From: Vicinamibacterales bacterium
GTDB lineage: Bacteria; Acidobacteriota; Vicinamibacteria; Vicinamibacterales; Fen-181
NCBI GenBank assembly: GCA_036504215.1
Contig: DASXVO010000021.1
Coordinates: 80,428-144,427, forward strand
Length of the DNA stretch: 64,000 bases
Direction: 5' to 3'
A program made the position numbers and the translations under genes. Shown piece by piece: positions 51,929 to 61,419 of the stretch (position 1 is the first letter of the stretch; each line of letters opens with the position of its first letter). The notes beneath the pieces are model-generated. The model saw only the letters and a list, made by a program, of their open reading frames with translations. It did no database searches and was not told where the DNA came from.

Positions 51929-53047
51929 ATGCCCAAGTACAAGATCGCGTGGCTCCCCGGAGACGGCATCGGCGTGGACGTCATGGAGGCGGCCCGCATC
52001 ATCCTCGATCGGATCGCCCTGGACGCCGAGTACATCCACGGGGACATCGGCTGGGAGTTCTGGCGGACGGAGGGCGACGCATTCCCGGCCCGGACGATTG
52101 AGTTGCTCAAGAACGTCAACGCGGCGATGTTCGGCGCGATCACCTCGAAGCCGGCCAAGGCCGCCGAGGCGGAGCTCGTCGAGTCGCTGAAGGGGAAGGG
52201 GCTGCAGTACCGCTCGCCGATTGTCCGGATGCGGCAGACATTCGATCTCTACAACTGCCTGCGCCCGTGCAAGGCGTACCCGGGCAACCCGCTGAACTTC
52301 AAGGAAGGCCTCGACTTGGTGATCTTCCGCGAGAACACCGAGGACCTCTACTCCGGCGTCGAGTTCGCGCCGGTGCCGGCGGAACTGGCGGCGACGCTCG
52401 GTAAGCTCAGTAAGGCCTTTGCGCCGTTCCAGTCGCTCGACGCGAACGACTACGCGGTGTCCTGCAAGATCAACACGCGGAAGGGCTCCGAGCGCATCGC
52501 GCGTGCCGCCTTCGAGTTCGCCAGGAAGTTCGGCCGCAAGAAGGTCACCGTAGTGCACAAGGCCAACGTCGTCCGTGCGACGGACAATCTCTTCCTCGAG
52601 ATGGCGCGCTCGGTCGCGAAGGGTTTTCCCGAGATCCAGATGGACGAGGCCAACGTCGACGCCCTGACGATGTGGCTGCTGAAGAACCCGTTCAACTATG
52701 ACGTGCTCGTCGCGCCGAACCTCTACGGCGACATCGTGTCCGACCTGTGCGCGCAGATGGTCGGCGGCCTGGGCTTCGGCTGCTCGGGCAACATCGGCGA
52801 GAAACTGGCGGTGTTCGAGCCGACGCACGGGTCGGCGCCGAAATACGCCGGGCTGTACAAGGCGAATCCGATCGCAACGATCCTGACCGCCAAGATGATG
52901 CTGGACTGGCTCGGCGAGGTCGAGAAAGCGACGCGCCTCGAGAAGGCCGTGGCCGCCGTCATCGCGGAGGGCAAGGTCCGGACGTACGACATGGGCGGGA
53001 AGGCCACGACGCTCGAGATGGCCGAGGCGATCGCGGCGAAGCTGTAG
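51929..53047 (+). CDS. isocitrate/isopropylmalate/homoisocitrate dehydrogenase family protein
   Basis: ATG 51929 has GAGGAG 8 nt upstream. LPGDGIGVDV, RENTEDLYSG, APNLYGDIVSDL and EPTHGSAPKYAG are signatures of beta-decarboxylating dehydrogenases. Confidence 0.88.
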   Translation: MPKYKIAWLPGDGIGVDVMEAARIILDRIALDAEYIHGDIGWEFWRTEGDAFPARTIELLKNVNAAMFGAITSKPAKAAEAELVESLKGKGLQYRSPIVRMRQTFDLYNCLRPCKAYPGNPLNFKEGLDLVIFRENTEDLYSGVEFAPVPAELAATLGKLSKAFAPFQSLDANDYAVSCKINTRKGSERIARAAFEFARKFGRKKVTVVHKANVVRATDNLFLEMARSVAKGFPEIQMDEANVDALTMWLLKNPFNYDVLVAPNLYGDIVSDLCAQMVGGLGFGCSGNIGEKLAVFEPTHGSAPKYAGLYKANPIATILTAKMMLDWLGEVEKATRLEKAVAAVIAEGKVRTYDMGGKATTLEMAEAIAAKL

Positions 53048-53067
53048 CCGCACAAAGGAGATCGAAC

Positions 53068-54354
53068 ATGGCGGGTATGACAGTCGTGCAGAAGATCCTG
53101 GCGCGGGCGACGGGCCGGGCCTCGGTGGACGTCGGCGAGGTCGTCGAGCCGGCCGTCGACCTGGCCATGTCCCACGAGAACGCCGCGCTGGTCATGAACC
53201 AGTTCGAGGACGTGTTCAACGGGACCGGCCTCGACGCGAAGGTCTGGGATCCGTCGAAGCTGGCCATCATCTTCGATCACCGCGTGCCCGCGGAGAGCTC
53301 GAAGACGGCCACCAATCAGAAGAAGATCCGCGGGTTCGTGGCCAAGCAGGGGATCGCCCGCTTCCACGACATCCGCGCGGACGAGGGCGGAATCTGTCAT
53401 CAGATCCTGACGGAATACGGCTATTCCCGTCCCGGCATGGTCGTCGTCGGCACCGACAGCCACACGACGACGCACGGGGCGATGGGAGCCTTCGCCTTCG
53501 GCATCGGGGCCACGGAGATGGCGGGCGTCTGGGCCCTCGGCACCATCTTCAACGTCGAGGTGCCCGGAACCATCAAGGTCGTGGTCAACGGCGTGATGTC
53601 GCCCCACGTGCTGCCGAAGGACCTCATCCTCCATGTGGTCGGCAAGTTGACGGCCGAGGGCGCGAATTTCAAGGTCATCGAGTTCCACGGCGACACGATT
53701 CGACGCATGCCGACATCGGGCCGGCTGGTGCTGTGCAACATGTCCGTCGAAGCCGGCGCGACGGCGGGCATCGTCCCGTGCGACGACGAGACGCTGCGGT
53801 ACCTGCGCGAGGACGCTGGCGTGACGGACCCGACTGACGCGGTGAGGCCGGACGCCGACGCCGTGTACGACCGGGTGCTCGAGATCGACGCGGCCTCGCT
53901 GGGTCCCCAGATCGCGTGCCCACACACGGTTGACAACGTCAAGCCGGTTGGCGACGTGGCCGGTACGACGGTGAACCAGATCGTCATCGGGTCGTGCACG
54001 AACGGCCGGCTCGACGACCTCGAGATCGCGGCCGGCATCCTGCGCGGCCGCAAGGTGGCGCGCGGGGTGCGGATGATCGTGTTCCCGGCCTCGTGGCGGA
54101 TCTACCGGGCCGCGATGAAGCAGGGTGTCCTCGCGGACCTCGTGGACGCGGGCGCCGTCGTGATGAACCCGGGGTGCGGATGCTGCCTCGGCATCCACCA
54201 GGGCGCGCTCGGCGACGGTGAGGTGGCGCTGTCCACGACGAACCGGAACTTCAAGGGACGGATGGGCAATCCGAAGTCGGAGGTCTATCTCTGCTCGCCG
54301 GCAGTGGCGGCGGCCTCCGCGCTGACGGGTGTCATCACCGATCCGAGAGCCTGA
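53068..54354 (+). CDS. aconitase-family dehydratase large subunit (type-2 LeuC / homoaconitase-like)
   Basis: Track ORF 52747..54354 trimmed to ATG 53068, which has AAAGGAG upstream. GTDSHTTTHG, GSCTNGR, PGCGCCLG and NRNFKGRMG provide the Fe-S cluster Cys ligands. Confidence 0.9.
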   Translation: MAGMTVVQKILARATGRASVDVGEVVEPAVDLAMSHENAALVMNQFEDVFNGTGLDAKVWDPSKLAIIFDHRVPAESSKTATNQKKIRGFVAKQGIARFHDIRADEGGICHQILTEYGYSRPGMVVVGTDSHTTTHGAMGAFAFGIGATEMAGVWALGTIFNVEVPGTIKVVVNGVMSPHVLPKDLILHVVGKLTAEGANFKVIEFHGDTIRRMPTSGRLVLCNMSVEAGATAGIVPCDDETLRYLREDAGVTDPTDAVRPDADAVYDRVLEIDAASLGPQIACPHTVDNVKPVGDVAGTTVNQIVIGSCTNGRLDDLEIAAGILRGRKVARGVRMIVFPASWRIYRAAMKQGVLADLVDAGAVVMNPGCGCCLGIHQGALGDGEVALSTTNRNFKGRMGNPKSEVYLCSPAVAAASALTGVITDPRA

Positions 54355-54369
54355 GAGAGAGGAACAGCC

Positions 54370-54867
54370 ATGGCAAAGGTCGTGTTGAAAGTCGGAGATG
54401 ACATCTCCACGGACCACATCTACCCGGGTCGCTTCATGGCGACCGTGCTGCCGTCGGAGACGCCGCAGTTCGCGTTCGCCGATTTCGAGTTCAACGCCCG
54501 CCTGAAGTCGGGCCAGGTGGAACAGGGCAGCGTGATCGTGGGCAACAACAACTTCGGCTGCGGGTCGTCGCGGGAGCAGGCGGCGTCGTGCCTGAAGGGC
54601 TACGAGTTGACCGTGATCGCCAAGGGTTTCGCGCGGATCTTCCTGCAGAACTCGTGCAACCTCGGCCTGAGGACGATCATCTGCCCGGCAATCGAAGCCT
54701 CGGAAGGTGATGAACTGGAGATCGGCGAGACCAAGGTCGTGAACAAGACCACGGGCCGCACGTTCGCGATCGAGCCGCTGCCCAAGGCGCGGCAGGCCAT
54801 CATCGACGCCGGCGGGCTCATCGCCTACACGCGCCACCGCGTGTTGCAGAAGTACGGCAAGGCGTAG
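54370..54867 (+). CDS. aconitase-family dehydratase small subunit (type-2 LeuD / HacB-like)
   Basis: 165 aa. DISTDHIYPGRF, GNNNFGCGSSREQA. Located 15 nt after the large-subunit stop. Confidence 0.9.
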   Translation: MAKVVLKVGDDISTDHIYPGRFMATVLPSETPQFAFADFEFNARLKSGQVEQGSVIVGNNNFGCGSSREQAASCLKGYELTVIAKGFARIFLQNSCNLGLRTIICPAIEASEGDELEIGETKVVNKTTGRTFAIEPLPKARQAIIDAGGLIAYTRHRVLQKYGKA

Positions 54868-54880
54868 GTAACGTTCGATG

Positions 54881-54910
54881 TGCAGGGGCGCGACGGCTTG
54901 CGCCCCTGCA
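54881..54910 (+). terminator. GC-rich hairpin, candidate operon terminator (no U-tract)
   Basis: Perfect 11-bp inverted repeat TGCAGGGGCGC (54881-54891) / GCGCCCCTGCA (54900-54910) with an 8-nt loop, starting 14 nt after the leuD-like stop codon. Confidence 0.45.
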
Positions 54911-54966
54911 GTGCCTCCTGGCCAGCCCTCGATTCCGGACGGCTCGAAGCCCGCCTCCATCCAGCG

Positions 54967-55000
54967 TCAGTCGAGCGTAGGCCTCGACTTCGGCTCGTCG
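54967..55000. repeat. 34-nt copy (31/34 identical) of the 3' end of sucA, non-coding relic
   Basis: TCAGTCGAGCGTAGGCCTCGACTTCGGCTCGTCG compared with 58870-58903 TCAGTCGAGCGTGGGCATCGACTTCGGTTCGTCG. On the minus strand it reads ...DEPKSRPTLD*, versus the sucA C-terminus DEPKSMPTLD*. Confidence 0.7.
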
Positions 55001-55079
55001 AGGCGCGGCGCTTCACCGATCTCACGGGGCCGTCTCGAACGTTGCCAGTCCCTTCAGATTCCCACGCCCGCACCTGGCG

Positions 55080-57125
55080 TCAGCGGGTTGCCGCGGATGC
55101 GCCCTGGATCCCCGCGAAGTGGTCGGCGATCCACTCGATCCACCGCCGCTGCACGTCGCGCTGGTGCACCGGGTCAGCCGCGTTGTGGCCGGCCAGCGGA
55201 TAGGCGATGAATCTCGTCTCCACGCGGTTGTCCTTCAGCGCGTGGTAGAGCTTGTAGGACTGCGTCACGGTGACGCGGTAGTCGCCCGTGTTCGACATGA
55301 CGAGGGTCGGCGCCGTGATCTTCGTCGCGTACGTGATCGGCGACTGTGCGCGGTACGCGTCCATCAGCGCCCCGGTCCACGGCGAACCGCCGAACGAGCC
55401 CGCCCCGCCGACGTTGCCGTCGTTCAGGTTGTACTGGTCGAGCCAGTCGGTGACGGCCGCTCCCGCGACGGCGACGGCGAATCCGGGGTAGTGCCCCGCC
55501 AGCCACGTGGTCATGTAGCCGCCGTACGACCAGCCGGACACCGCCACGCGCGCCTCGTCCACCACGCCGCGCTTCTTGACCGCCGCGACACCCGCCATGA
55601 CGTCGCGCCCGGGACCATCGCCCGCGTCATTGAGGATGGCACTCTGGTACGCATTGCCGAGGTGGTCGCTGCCACGGTAGTTCGGCTGGAAGACGATCCA
55701 CCCTTGCGAGGCGAAGATCTGGGCCTGTGACGAGAACGCCTCCAACGAGGCCGTCCGCGGGCCGCCGTGGACCACGAGGACGAGCGGGTACTTCCTGCCG
55801 GGCGTGAAGTCCGGCGGGTAGGTGAGAATCCCGTTGTGCATGAACGCGTCCGACTTCCACTCGATCACTTCCGAGCGCCCGAGGCTCATCGCGGCGATGT
55901 CGGCATTGAAGTCCGTCAGCTTCCTCGGTGCGGTCGAGGCCGAAGCCATGTAGTACAGTTCCGCAGGCGTTCTGGGGTCGCTGCCGGCGAACGCGATCGA
56001 CCCGGCGCGACCGACGGTGACGTCCACCCAGAACGACGAGGCCGGGCTCACGGTCCCGAGATCCAACCTGCGGGCCGCGCCGACGAGCGGTTGCAGCCAC
56101 AAGGAGACGCGTGAGCCGTCGTTGCCGCCGACGAGGAGCGACTGTCCATCAGGCATCCAGATCGAACGCGCGAGATTGCGATCGATCGAGCGGGTGAGAC
56201 TTCTGCCGGCGCCGCCTGCGACCGGGACCACGTGCACCTCGTTGCCGTTCGACCGTGCGCCGTCCCGCGGGTACCAGTACGCGATCTGCGTCCCGTCGGG
56301 CGAGAAGCTCGGATACCCCTCGAACTTCTCCCCTCGCGCAACGGCACGGATCGCGCCGTTACCGACCTCCACCACCTGGGCGGTGCTCTGCCCGCGGTCT
56401 CCCGAGTGCGCGCTGGCGGTCCGCACGAACGCCAGCAGCTTTCCGTCGGGTGACCACGAGAGCGGCGACGCCGGCGCGCCCGGGGGAAACGCGACGGGAA
56501 GGCTCCACGTGCCGCTCGTCAGGCGACGCGGGGAGCCGCCGTCGGCCGAGACGAGCCAGATGTGCGTCGACGTCGGAGCGGCCGTCGTCAGGAAGTTGTC
56601 GTTGGTCACCTCGAACGAGTGGTTGAACCGGTCGGCGCCCTTTCGCTGCTCTGGCTCATCGGCCGTGGCGTATGCGACCGTCCTGCCGTCGGGCGACCAG
56701 GCGAACTGCTGGACGCCGGTCGGCGAGTTGGACAGCCGGCGTGCATCGCCCCCGGCCATCGGCATCACGAAGATCTGGAGGGCGGCGTCGCGGCCGCTGC
56801 CCGACAGCGCGAGGAAGGCGAGGCGATCGCCGGTGGGCGACCAGCGCGGGTGGGCGACGCTCCGGCGGTCCACGGTGAGCGGGCGACGGGCGAGGCTGGC
56901 GATGTCGACGAGCACCAGTTCGCTGTCACTGCGATTCTCCTCGTAGTTCGGGCGGGCCACCACCACGACGATCGACTGGCCATCGGGAGAGATCTGCGGA
57001 TCCGACACCCGCACCAGCCTGCCGAGATCGTCCAACCGCATGGGCCGGGTCCCGGCCGCGGCCGGGGACACCAGCGCGGCCACCAACACGAGAGCAGAGA
57101 AGACGGAGATCGCGTGTCGCTTCAT
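55080..57125 (-). CDS. S9 family serine peptidase (prolyl oligopeptidase/acylaminoacyl-peptidase type) with N-terminal TolB-like propeller
   Basis: Signal peptide, repeated P.WSPDG blades, a nucleophile motif SGWSYGGYM, and downstream D (GDYRV) and H (AGHN). Confidence 0.9.
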   Translation of the reverse strand: MKRHAISVFSALVLVAALVSPAAAGTRPMRLDDLGRLVRVSDPQISPDGQSIVVVVARPNYEENRSDSELVLVDIASLARRPLTVDRRSVAHPRWSPTGDRLAFLALSGSGRDAALQIFVMPMAGGDARRLSNSPTGVQQFAWSPDGRTVAYATADEPEQRKGADRFNHSFEVTNDNFLTTAAPTSTHIWLVSADGGSPRRLTSGTWSLPVAFPPGAPASPLSWSPDGKLLAFVRTASAHSGDRGQSTAQVVEVGNGAIRAVARGEKFEGYPSFSPDGTQIAYWYPRDGARSNGNEVHVVPVAGGAGRSLTRSIDRNLARSIWMPDGQSLLVGGNDGSRVSLWLQPLVGAARRLDLGTVSPASSFWVDVTVGRAGSIAFAGSDPRTPAELYYMASASTAPRKLTDFNADIAAMSLGRSEVIEWKSDAFMHNGILTYPPDFTPGRKYPLVLVVHGGPRTASLEAFSSQAQIFASQGWIVFQPNYRGSDHLGNAYQSAILNDAGDGPGRDVMAGVAAVKKRGVVDEARVAVSGWSYGGYMTTWLAGHYPGFAVAVAGAAVTDWLDQYNLNDGNVGGAGSFGGSPWTGALMDAYRAQSPITYATKITAPTLVMSNTGDYRVTVTQSYKLYHALKDNRVETRFIAYPLAGHNAADPVHQRDVQRRWIEWIADHFAGIQGASAATR

Positions 57126-57166
57126 GGTGTGCCTCGAAGGGGCGGGGTTGATGCGCGATGATACAC

Positions 57167-57185
57167 GGCCGCCGCGCCGGCGGCC
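57167..57185 (-). terminator. short GC hairpin between the M20 and S9 peptidase genes (terminator, attenuator or RNA-stabiliser candidate)
   Basis: GGCCGCCG (57167-57174) / CGGCGGCC (57178-57185), an 8-bp perfect stem with a 3-nt loop, 6 nt downstream of the M20 stop on the minus strand. No U-tract. Confidence 0.3.
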
Positions 57186-57191
57186 CCGCGG

Positions 57192-58637
57192 TCACTTCCG
57201 GAAGTCGAACGGCGGCGTCGCGCCCGCGACCGACGTGTACTTGAATGCCGCCCCGCCCCGTTTCTGCAGGAACTCCTCCTTCGCCTTCGCAAGCGTCGCG
57301 GGGTTCTGCATCAGGTCGGTCACCGTCAGCGCCATCGTCTTGGCCGCCACGAGCATCCCCTTCGCCCCGATGGACATGCCGGCGCAGGCGACAGCCTGCC
57401 AGCTGTGCGCGGGCACCCCCGGCGAGAAGGTCGCGGCGCCCATCTGCGCGGTCGGCACGTTCCAACTGACGTCACCCATGTCGGTGGACGCCGACCCGAC
57501 GAGGCCGGTCCTCATCGGCTGCACTGCCTTCTGGGCGCCCATCGGCGTGGCGGGGCTGATCAGCGTGGCGCGAATCTTCTCCGCGAAGGCCTGTTCGTCT
57601 GGCGTGTAGTCGAAGCCGCCGACGCGCTGCAGACTGCGATACTGGACGGCCGACAGGGTTTCGTTCGGCAGGACGTTCCAGTACGACGTGATGACCTCGT
57701 GCTCGACGCGCGTGCCGGTGCCCATCGCCGCCCCCTCGGCCGCCTTCAGGATGCGGTCCCAGATGCCCTCGAGCGTACGCATGTCGGGATGCCGCGCCTG
57801 GTACTCGCCCTCGGCGTAGTCGGGCACGATGTTCGAGGCGACGCCGCCCTTCTTGATGATGTAGTGGATGCGCGTCTCCTGCGGCACGTGCTCGCGCATC
57901 ATGTTGATCATGTAGTCGAAGGCCTCCACCCCGTCGAGGGCGGAGCGGCCGCGGTCGGGCGACGCGGCGGCGTGAGCAGCCGTGCCGTAGAACCGGAACG
58001 TCGCGGCGATCGTCGCGAGCGAGCTGGCCGGGTTCGCCTGGTTCTGGTCTCCGGGATGCCAGCCGATGACGGCATCGACGTCGGAGAACAGCCCCGCGCG
58101 GACCATGTAGACCTTGCCGCCGCCGCCCTCCTCCGCCGGCGACCCGTAGTAGCGCACGGTGCCGGCGCGGTGTCCCTGCTGCAGCCACGCCTTGACGGCG
58201 ATCGCGGCCGCGGCCGACGCGGTGCCCAGCAGGTTGTGGCCGCAGCCGTGCCCGGGGGATCCGACCGTGACGGGACTTCGCGCCGGGTCTCCGGCGCGCT
58301 GTGACAGCCCGGGCAGCGCGTCGAACTCGCCCATGAGCACGATCACGGGCTTCCCGCTGCCGTAGGTGGCGGTGAAGGCCGTCGGCATGCCGGCGGCTCC
58401 CTTCGACACGGTGAAGCCCGCGTCCGCCAGGGTCTTCTGCAGCAGGGCGCTGCTCCGCTCCTCCTGATAGCCCAGTTCCGCGAAGTCCCAGATCTGCTTC
58501 GCGACCGCCGCGTAGCGGTCCTTGTCCGCGTCGATCGACGCCAGGATGCCGGCGGCCGGGTCGGGGAGCTGCTGGGCCGATCCCGCCAGCACGGCGACGA
58601 CGACGAGGGCGGCGGCAGTCAGGGTGCGTGTCAGCAT
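57192..58637 (-). CDS. M20 family amidohydrolase (AbgB / aminobenzoyl-glutamate hydrolase subunit B-like), secreted
   Basis: Track ORF 57192..58664 trimmed to ATG 58637, which has GGAGGA upstream. Signal peptide MLTRTLTAAALVVVAVLAGSA. PGHGCGHNLLG and the dimerisation-domain pattern are typical of the family. Confidence 0.85.
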   Translation of the reverse strand: MLTRTLTAAALVVVAVLAGSAQQLPDPAAGILASIDADKDRYAAVAKQIWDFAELGYQEERSSALLQKTLADAGFTVSKGAAGMPTAFTATYGSGKPVIVLMGEFDALPGLSQRAGDPARSPVTVGSPGHGCGHNLLGTASAAAAIAVKAWLQQGHRAGTVRYYGSPAEEGGGGKVYMVRAGLFSDVDAVIGWHPGDQNQANPASSLATIAATFRFYGTAAHAAASPDRGRSALDGVEAFDYMINMMREHVPQETRIHYIIKKGGVASNIVPDYAEGEYQARHPDMRTLEGIWDRILKAAEGAAMGTGTRVEHEVITSYWNVLPNETLSAVQYRSLQRVGGFDYTPDEQAFAEKIRATLISPATPMGAQKAVQPMRTGLVGSASTDMGDVSWNVPTAQMGAATFSPGVPAHSWQAVACAGMSIGAKGMLVAAKTMALTVTDLMQNPATLAKAKEEFLQKRGGAAFKYTSVAGATPPFDFRK

Positions 58638-58869
58638 GGATCCTCCGGCGAGACCACCCGGCATCCGCGGGATGCGGCATGGTCGGTGGAATGGCGTTCC
58701 GGCACGTGATGCTCGCGAGCGGCGCCAGCGCGCGATCGGCAGCCGCCTTCTGGAAGGCGGCGAGGTCGGCCGGCGCGCGGTCCTTCGCGAGCAGCGCGGC
58801 TGTCTGCGACATCCTACCGGATCCCGCGCCGATCGGTTTCGGCAATCGGCCGGCCCCGTTCACCACGTA

Positions 58870-61401
58870 TCAGTCGAGCGTGGGCATCGACTTCGGTTCG
58901 TCGTCGTGGATCCCTGTCGTGAACGCCAGGGTGAGTAGCGCCTGCTGCTCCATCTGATGCGCCTTCCCGGAGCCGGTCGCCGGGCTCGCCGAGGCGCGGC
59001 GCTTCACGGACGTCACACCGGGATGCCGGACGATCGTCCGGAGCCTGGGCAGCACGTAGAAGTGCGCCCCCATGTTCTTCGGCTCCTCCTGCACCCACGT
59101 CACCTCGCGGGCTTCCGGATACCGGTCGAGCGCCTTCGTCAGCGGCGTGGCCGGGAACGGGTACAACTGTTCGAGGCCGAGAATCGCGGTGCTCGTATCG
59201 CCGCGGCGTCTCCGCTCGGCGCGAAGCTCGTGCAGGATCTTCCCGGTGGCCACCAGGATCCGGCGTGCGTCCGCCGGAACCTCGTCGTCCAGGAGCACGG
59301 TCTGAAAGCGTCCCTGCGCCAGTTCCTCGATTTCAGACGACGAGCCGGCATGGCGCAGCATGCCCTTCGGCGTGAAGACGACGAGCGGCTTGCGCCAGGC
59401 CCGCAGCGCCTGTCGTCGCAGCATGTGGAAGTACTGCGCCGCGGTCGACGGCTGGCAGATCTGCAGGTTGTCCTCGCCGGCGAGTTGCAGGAACCGCTCG
59501 ATGCGAGCGCTCGAATGCTCGGGACCCTGCCCCTCGAAGCCGTGGGGCAGGAGCAGGACGAGTCCTGACAGCAGGCCCCACTTGTCCTCACCCGCGCTCA
59601 GGAACTGGTCGATGATGACCTGCGCGTTGTTCGCGAAGTCGCCGAACTGCGCCTCCCACAGCACGAGCGCCTCGGGATAGTCGCGGCTGAACCCGTACTC
59701 GTACGCGAGCACCGCCGCTTCCGACAGCGTCGAGTTGTAGATCTCGCAGCGCGCCTGGTCCGGAGAGACATGCGCGAGCGGCATGTACTTCTGCTCGGTC
59801 TCGACGTCGATCAGCACGGCGTGCCGCTGGTTGAACGTCCCGCGTTCGCTGTCCTGCCCGGTGAGCCGGATCGGCAGACCACGAACCAGCAGTGTCCCGA
59901 AGGCCAGGGCTTCGGCCATCCCATAATCGAGCCGGCGCCGGCCAGCCCCCATTTCCGCTCGCTGCTCGAGCAGCTTCCTCACCTTCGGATGGATGTGGAA
60001 ACCCTCCGGCCAGGTGGTGATCCCCGCCGCAACGGCCCGCAGTTCGTCGATTGGCGCGCCCGTGTCGACCTCGAACGACGCGTGGTGGCAGCCCCCCTGG
60101 TACGGCGCCCAGTAGCCGGGAAGCTGCGCCAGCGCCACGCGCGCCTCGACCTTCTTGCCGTCTTCCTGCGCCTGGTTGTACTCGGCGCGCACCCGGGCGG
60201 CGGTCGCTGTCCCATCGAGGCCGGTGCGGTCTGCGAACACCCTCCAGAGAGGCGGGTGGTCCTTGATCGCCTTGTACATCAGCGGCTGCGTGATCGTCGG
60301 GTCGTCCACCTCGCTGTGCCCGTGACGTCGGTACCCAATCAGGTCGATCACGACGTCGCAGCCATACGTATACCGGAACTCGGTGGCGAGGCGGGCCACG
60401 CGCGCAACCGCCGGAAGGTCCTCGCCGTTCACATGGAAGATCGGAATTGGCAGGCGGCGGGCGATGTCGGTGGCAAACGGCGACGCGTGCAGCTCGCGGT
60501 CGGAGGTCGTGAATCCCAGTTGGTTGTTGGCGACGATCTGGATGGCGCCACCAACCGTGTACCCGGGCAGGCTCGAGAAGTTGAGGGCCTCGGCCGTGAT
60601 GCCCTGCCCGGCGAACGCCGCGTCGCCGTGCAGGACGATGGGCACGATGCGGGCCCTCGAATCGTCGCCTTCCCTGGTCTGGCGGGCCCTCGTCCGGCCG
60701 ACGGCGACCGGGTAGACCGCCTCGAGGTGGCTCGGGTTCGACACGAGCTTGACGCGGAGGTCGCGTCCACCCAATGTGTGATACGTGCCGGTGGCGCCCA
60801 TGTGGTACTTGACGTCGCCGCTGCCGAGCACGCTCTTCGGGTCGATGTCCTCGAAGCCCGCGAACACGTCGGTCGGCGCCCGTCCCACGATGTGGACCAT
60901 GACGTTGAGTCGGCCGCGATGGCTCATCCCGATGAGCGCCTCCTCGAGGCCGTGGCCCGACCCGGTTTCGAGCACCTCGTCGAGCAGCGGAATGAGTCCG
61001 GTCACGCCCTCGAGCGAGAACCGCTTCGAGCCGGGATAGCGTCCGTGCAGCACCTCCTCGAACAGGTCCGCACGCACCAGCCGCTCGAGCACCCGGGGAT
61101 CGTCGATCCCCGGCGTCGGCTGTTCCATCCGTTCCTGCACCCATTTGCGGCGGCCCGGGTCGGGGATGTGCATGAACTCGACGCCGATGGAACCGCAGTA
61201 CCAGGAGCGGCCCAGACGGGCCGTCTCGCCGTCCAGGGTCAGCTCGGGATGGGGCTCGGCGTGCAGGAGCCCCAGCGGGTCGAGCCCGGCCTCGAGGTAT
61301 CCCCATCTCCGGAATGCATCGAGCACCTGTTCGTCCGCGGCGTTCGCGGCGGCTCCACGATGCTCGCGATCGACCATCTCGGCCTCGTGCGGTTGCGGCA
61401 T
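58870..61401 (-). CDS. sucA: 2-oxoglutarate dehydrogenase E1 component (short form, 843 aa)
   Basis: RWGYLEA.LDPLG, KRFSLEG, GMSHRGRLNV, GDVKYHMG, LHGDAAFAGQG, GYRRHGHSE and WEAQFGDF form the canonical E1o motif series. No sucB or lpd is adjacent. Confidence 0.92.
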   Translation of the reverse strand: MPQPHEAEMVDREHRGAAANAADEQVLDAFRRWGYLEAGLDPLGLLHAEPHPELTLDGETARLGRSWYCGSIGVEFMHIPDPGRRKWVQERMEQPTPGIDDPRVLERLVRADLFEEVLHGRYPGSKRFSLEGVTGLIPLLDEVLETGSGHGLEEALIGMSHRGRLNVMVHIVGRAPTDVFAGFEDIDPKSVLGSGDVKYHMGATGTYHTLGGRDLRVKLVSNPSHLEAVYPVAVGRTRARQTREGDDSRARIVPIVLHGDAAFAGQGITAEALNFSSLPGYTVGGAIQIVANNQLGFTTSDRELHASPFATDIARRLPIPIFHVNGEDLPAVARVARLATEFRYTYGCDVVIDLIGYRRHGHSEVDDPTITQPLMYKAIKDHPPLWRVFADRTGLDGTATAARVRAEYNQAQEDGKKVEARVALAQLPGYWAPYQGGCHHASFEVDTGAPIDELRAVAAGITTWPEGFHIHPKVRKLLEQRAEMGAGRRRLDYGMAEALAFGTLLVRGLPIRLTGQDSERGTFNQRHAVLIDVETEQKYMPLAHVSPDQARCEIYNSTLSEAAVLAYEYGFSRDYPEALVLWEAQFGDFANNAQVIIDQFLSAGEDKWGLLSGLVLLLPHGFEGQGPEHSSARIERFLQLAGEDNLQICQPSTAAQYFHMLRRQALRAWRKPLVVFTPKGMLRHAGSSSEIEELAQGRFQTVLLDDEVPADARRILVATGKILHELRAERRRRGDTSTAILGLEQLYPFPATPLTKALDRYPEAREVTWVQEEPKNMGAHFYVLPRLRTIVRHPGVTSVKRRASASPATGSGKAHQMEQQALLTLAFTTGIHDDEPKSMPTLD

Positions 61402-61419
61402 TGTCGTCTGCCCCTATTG

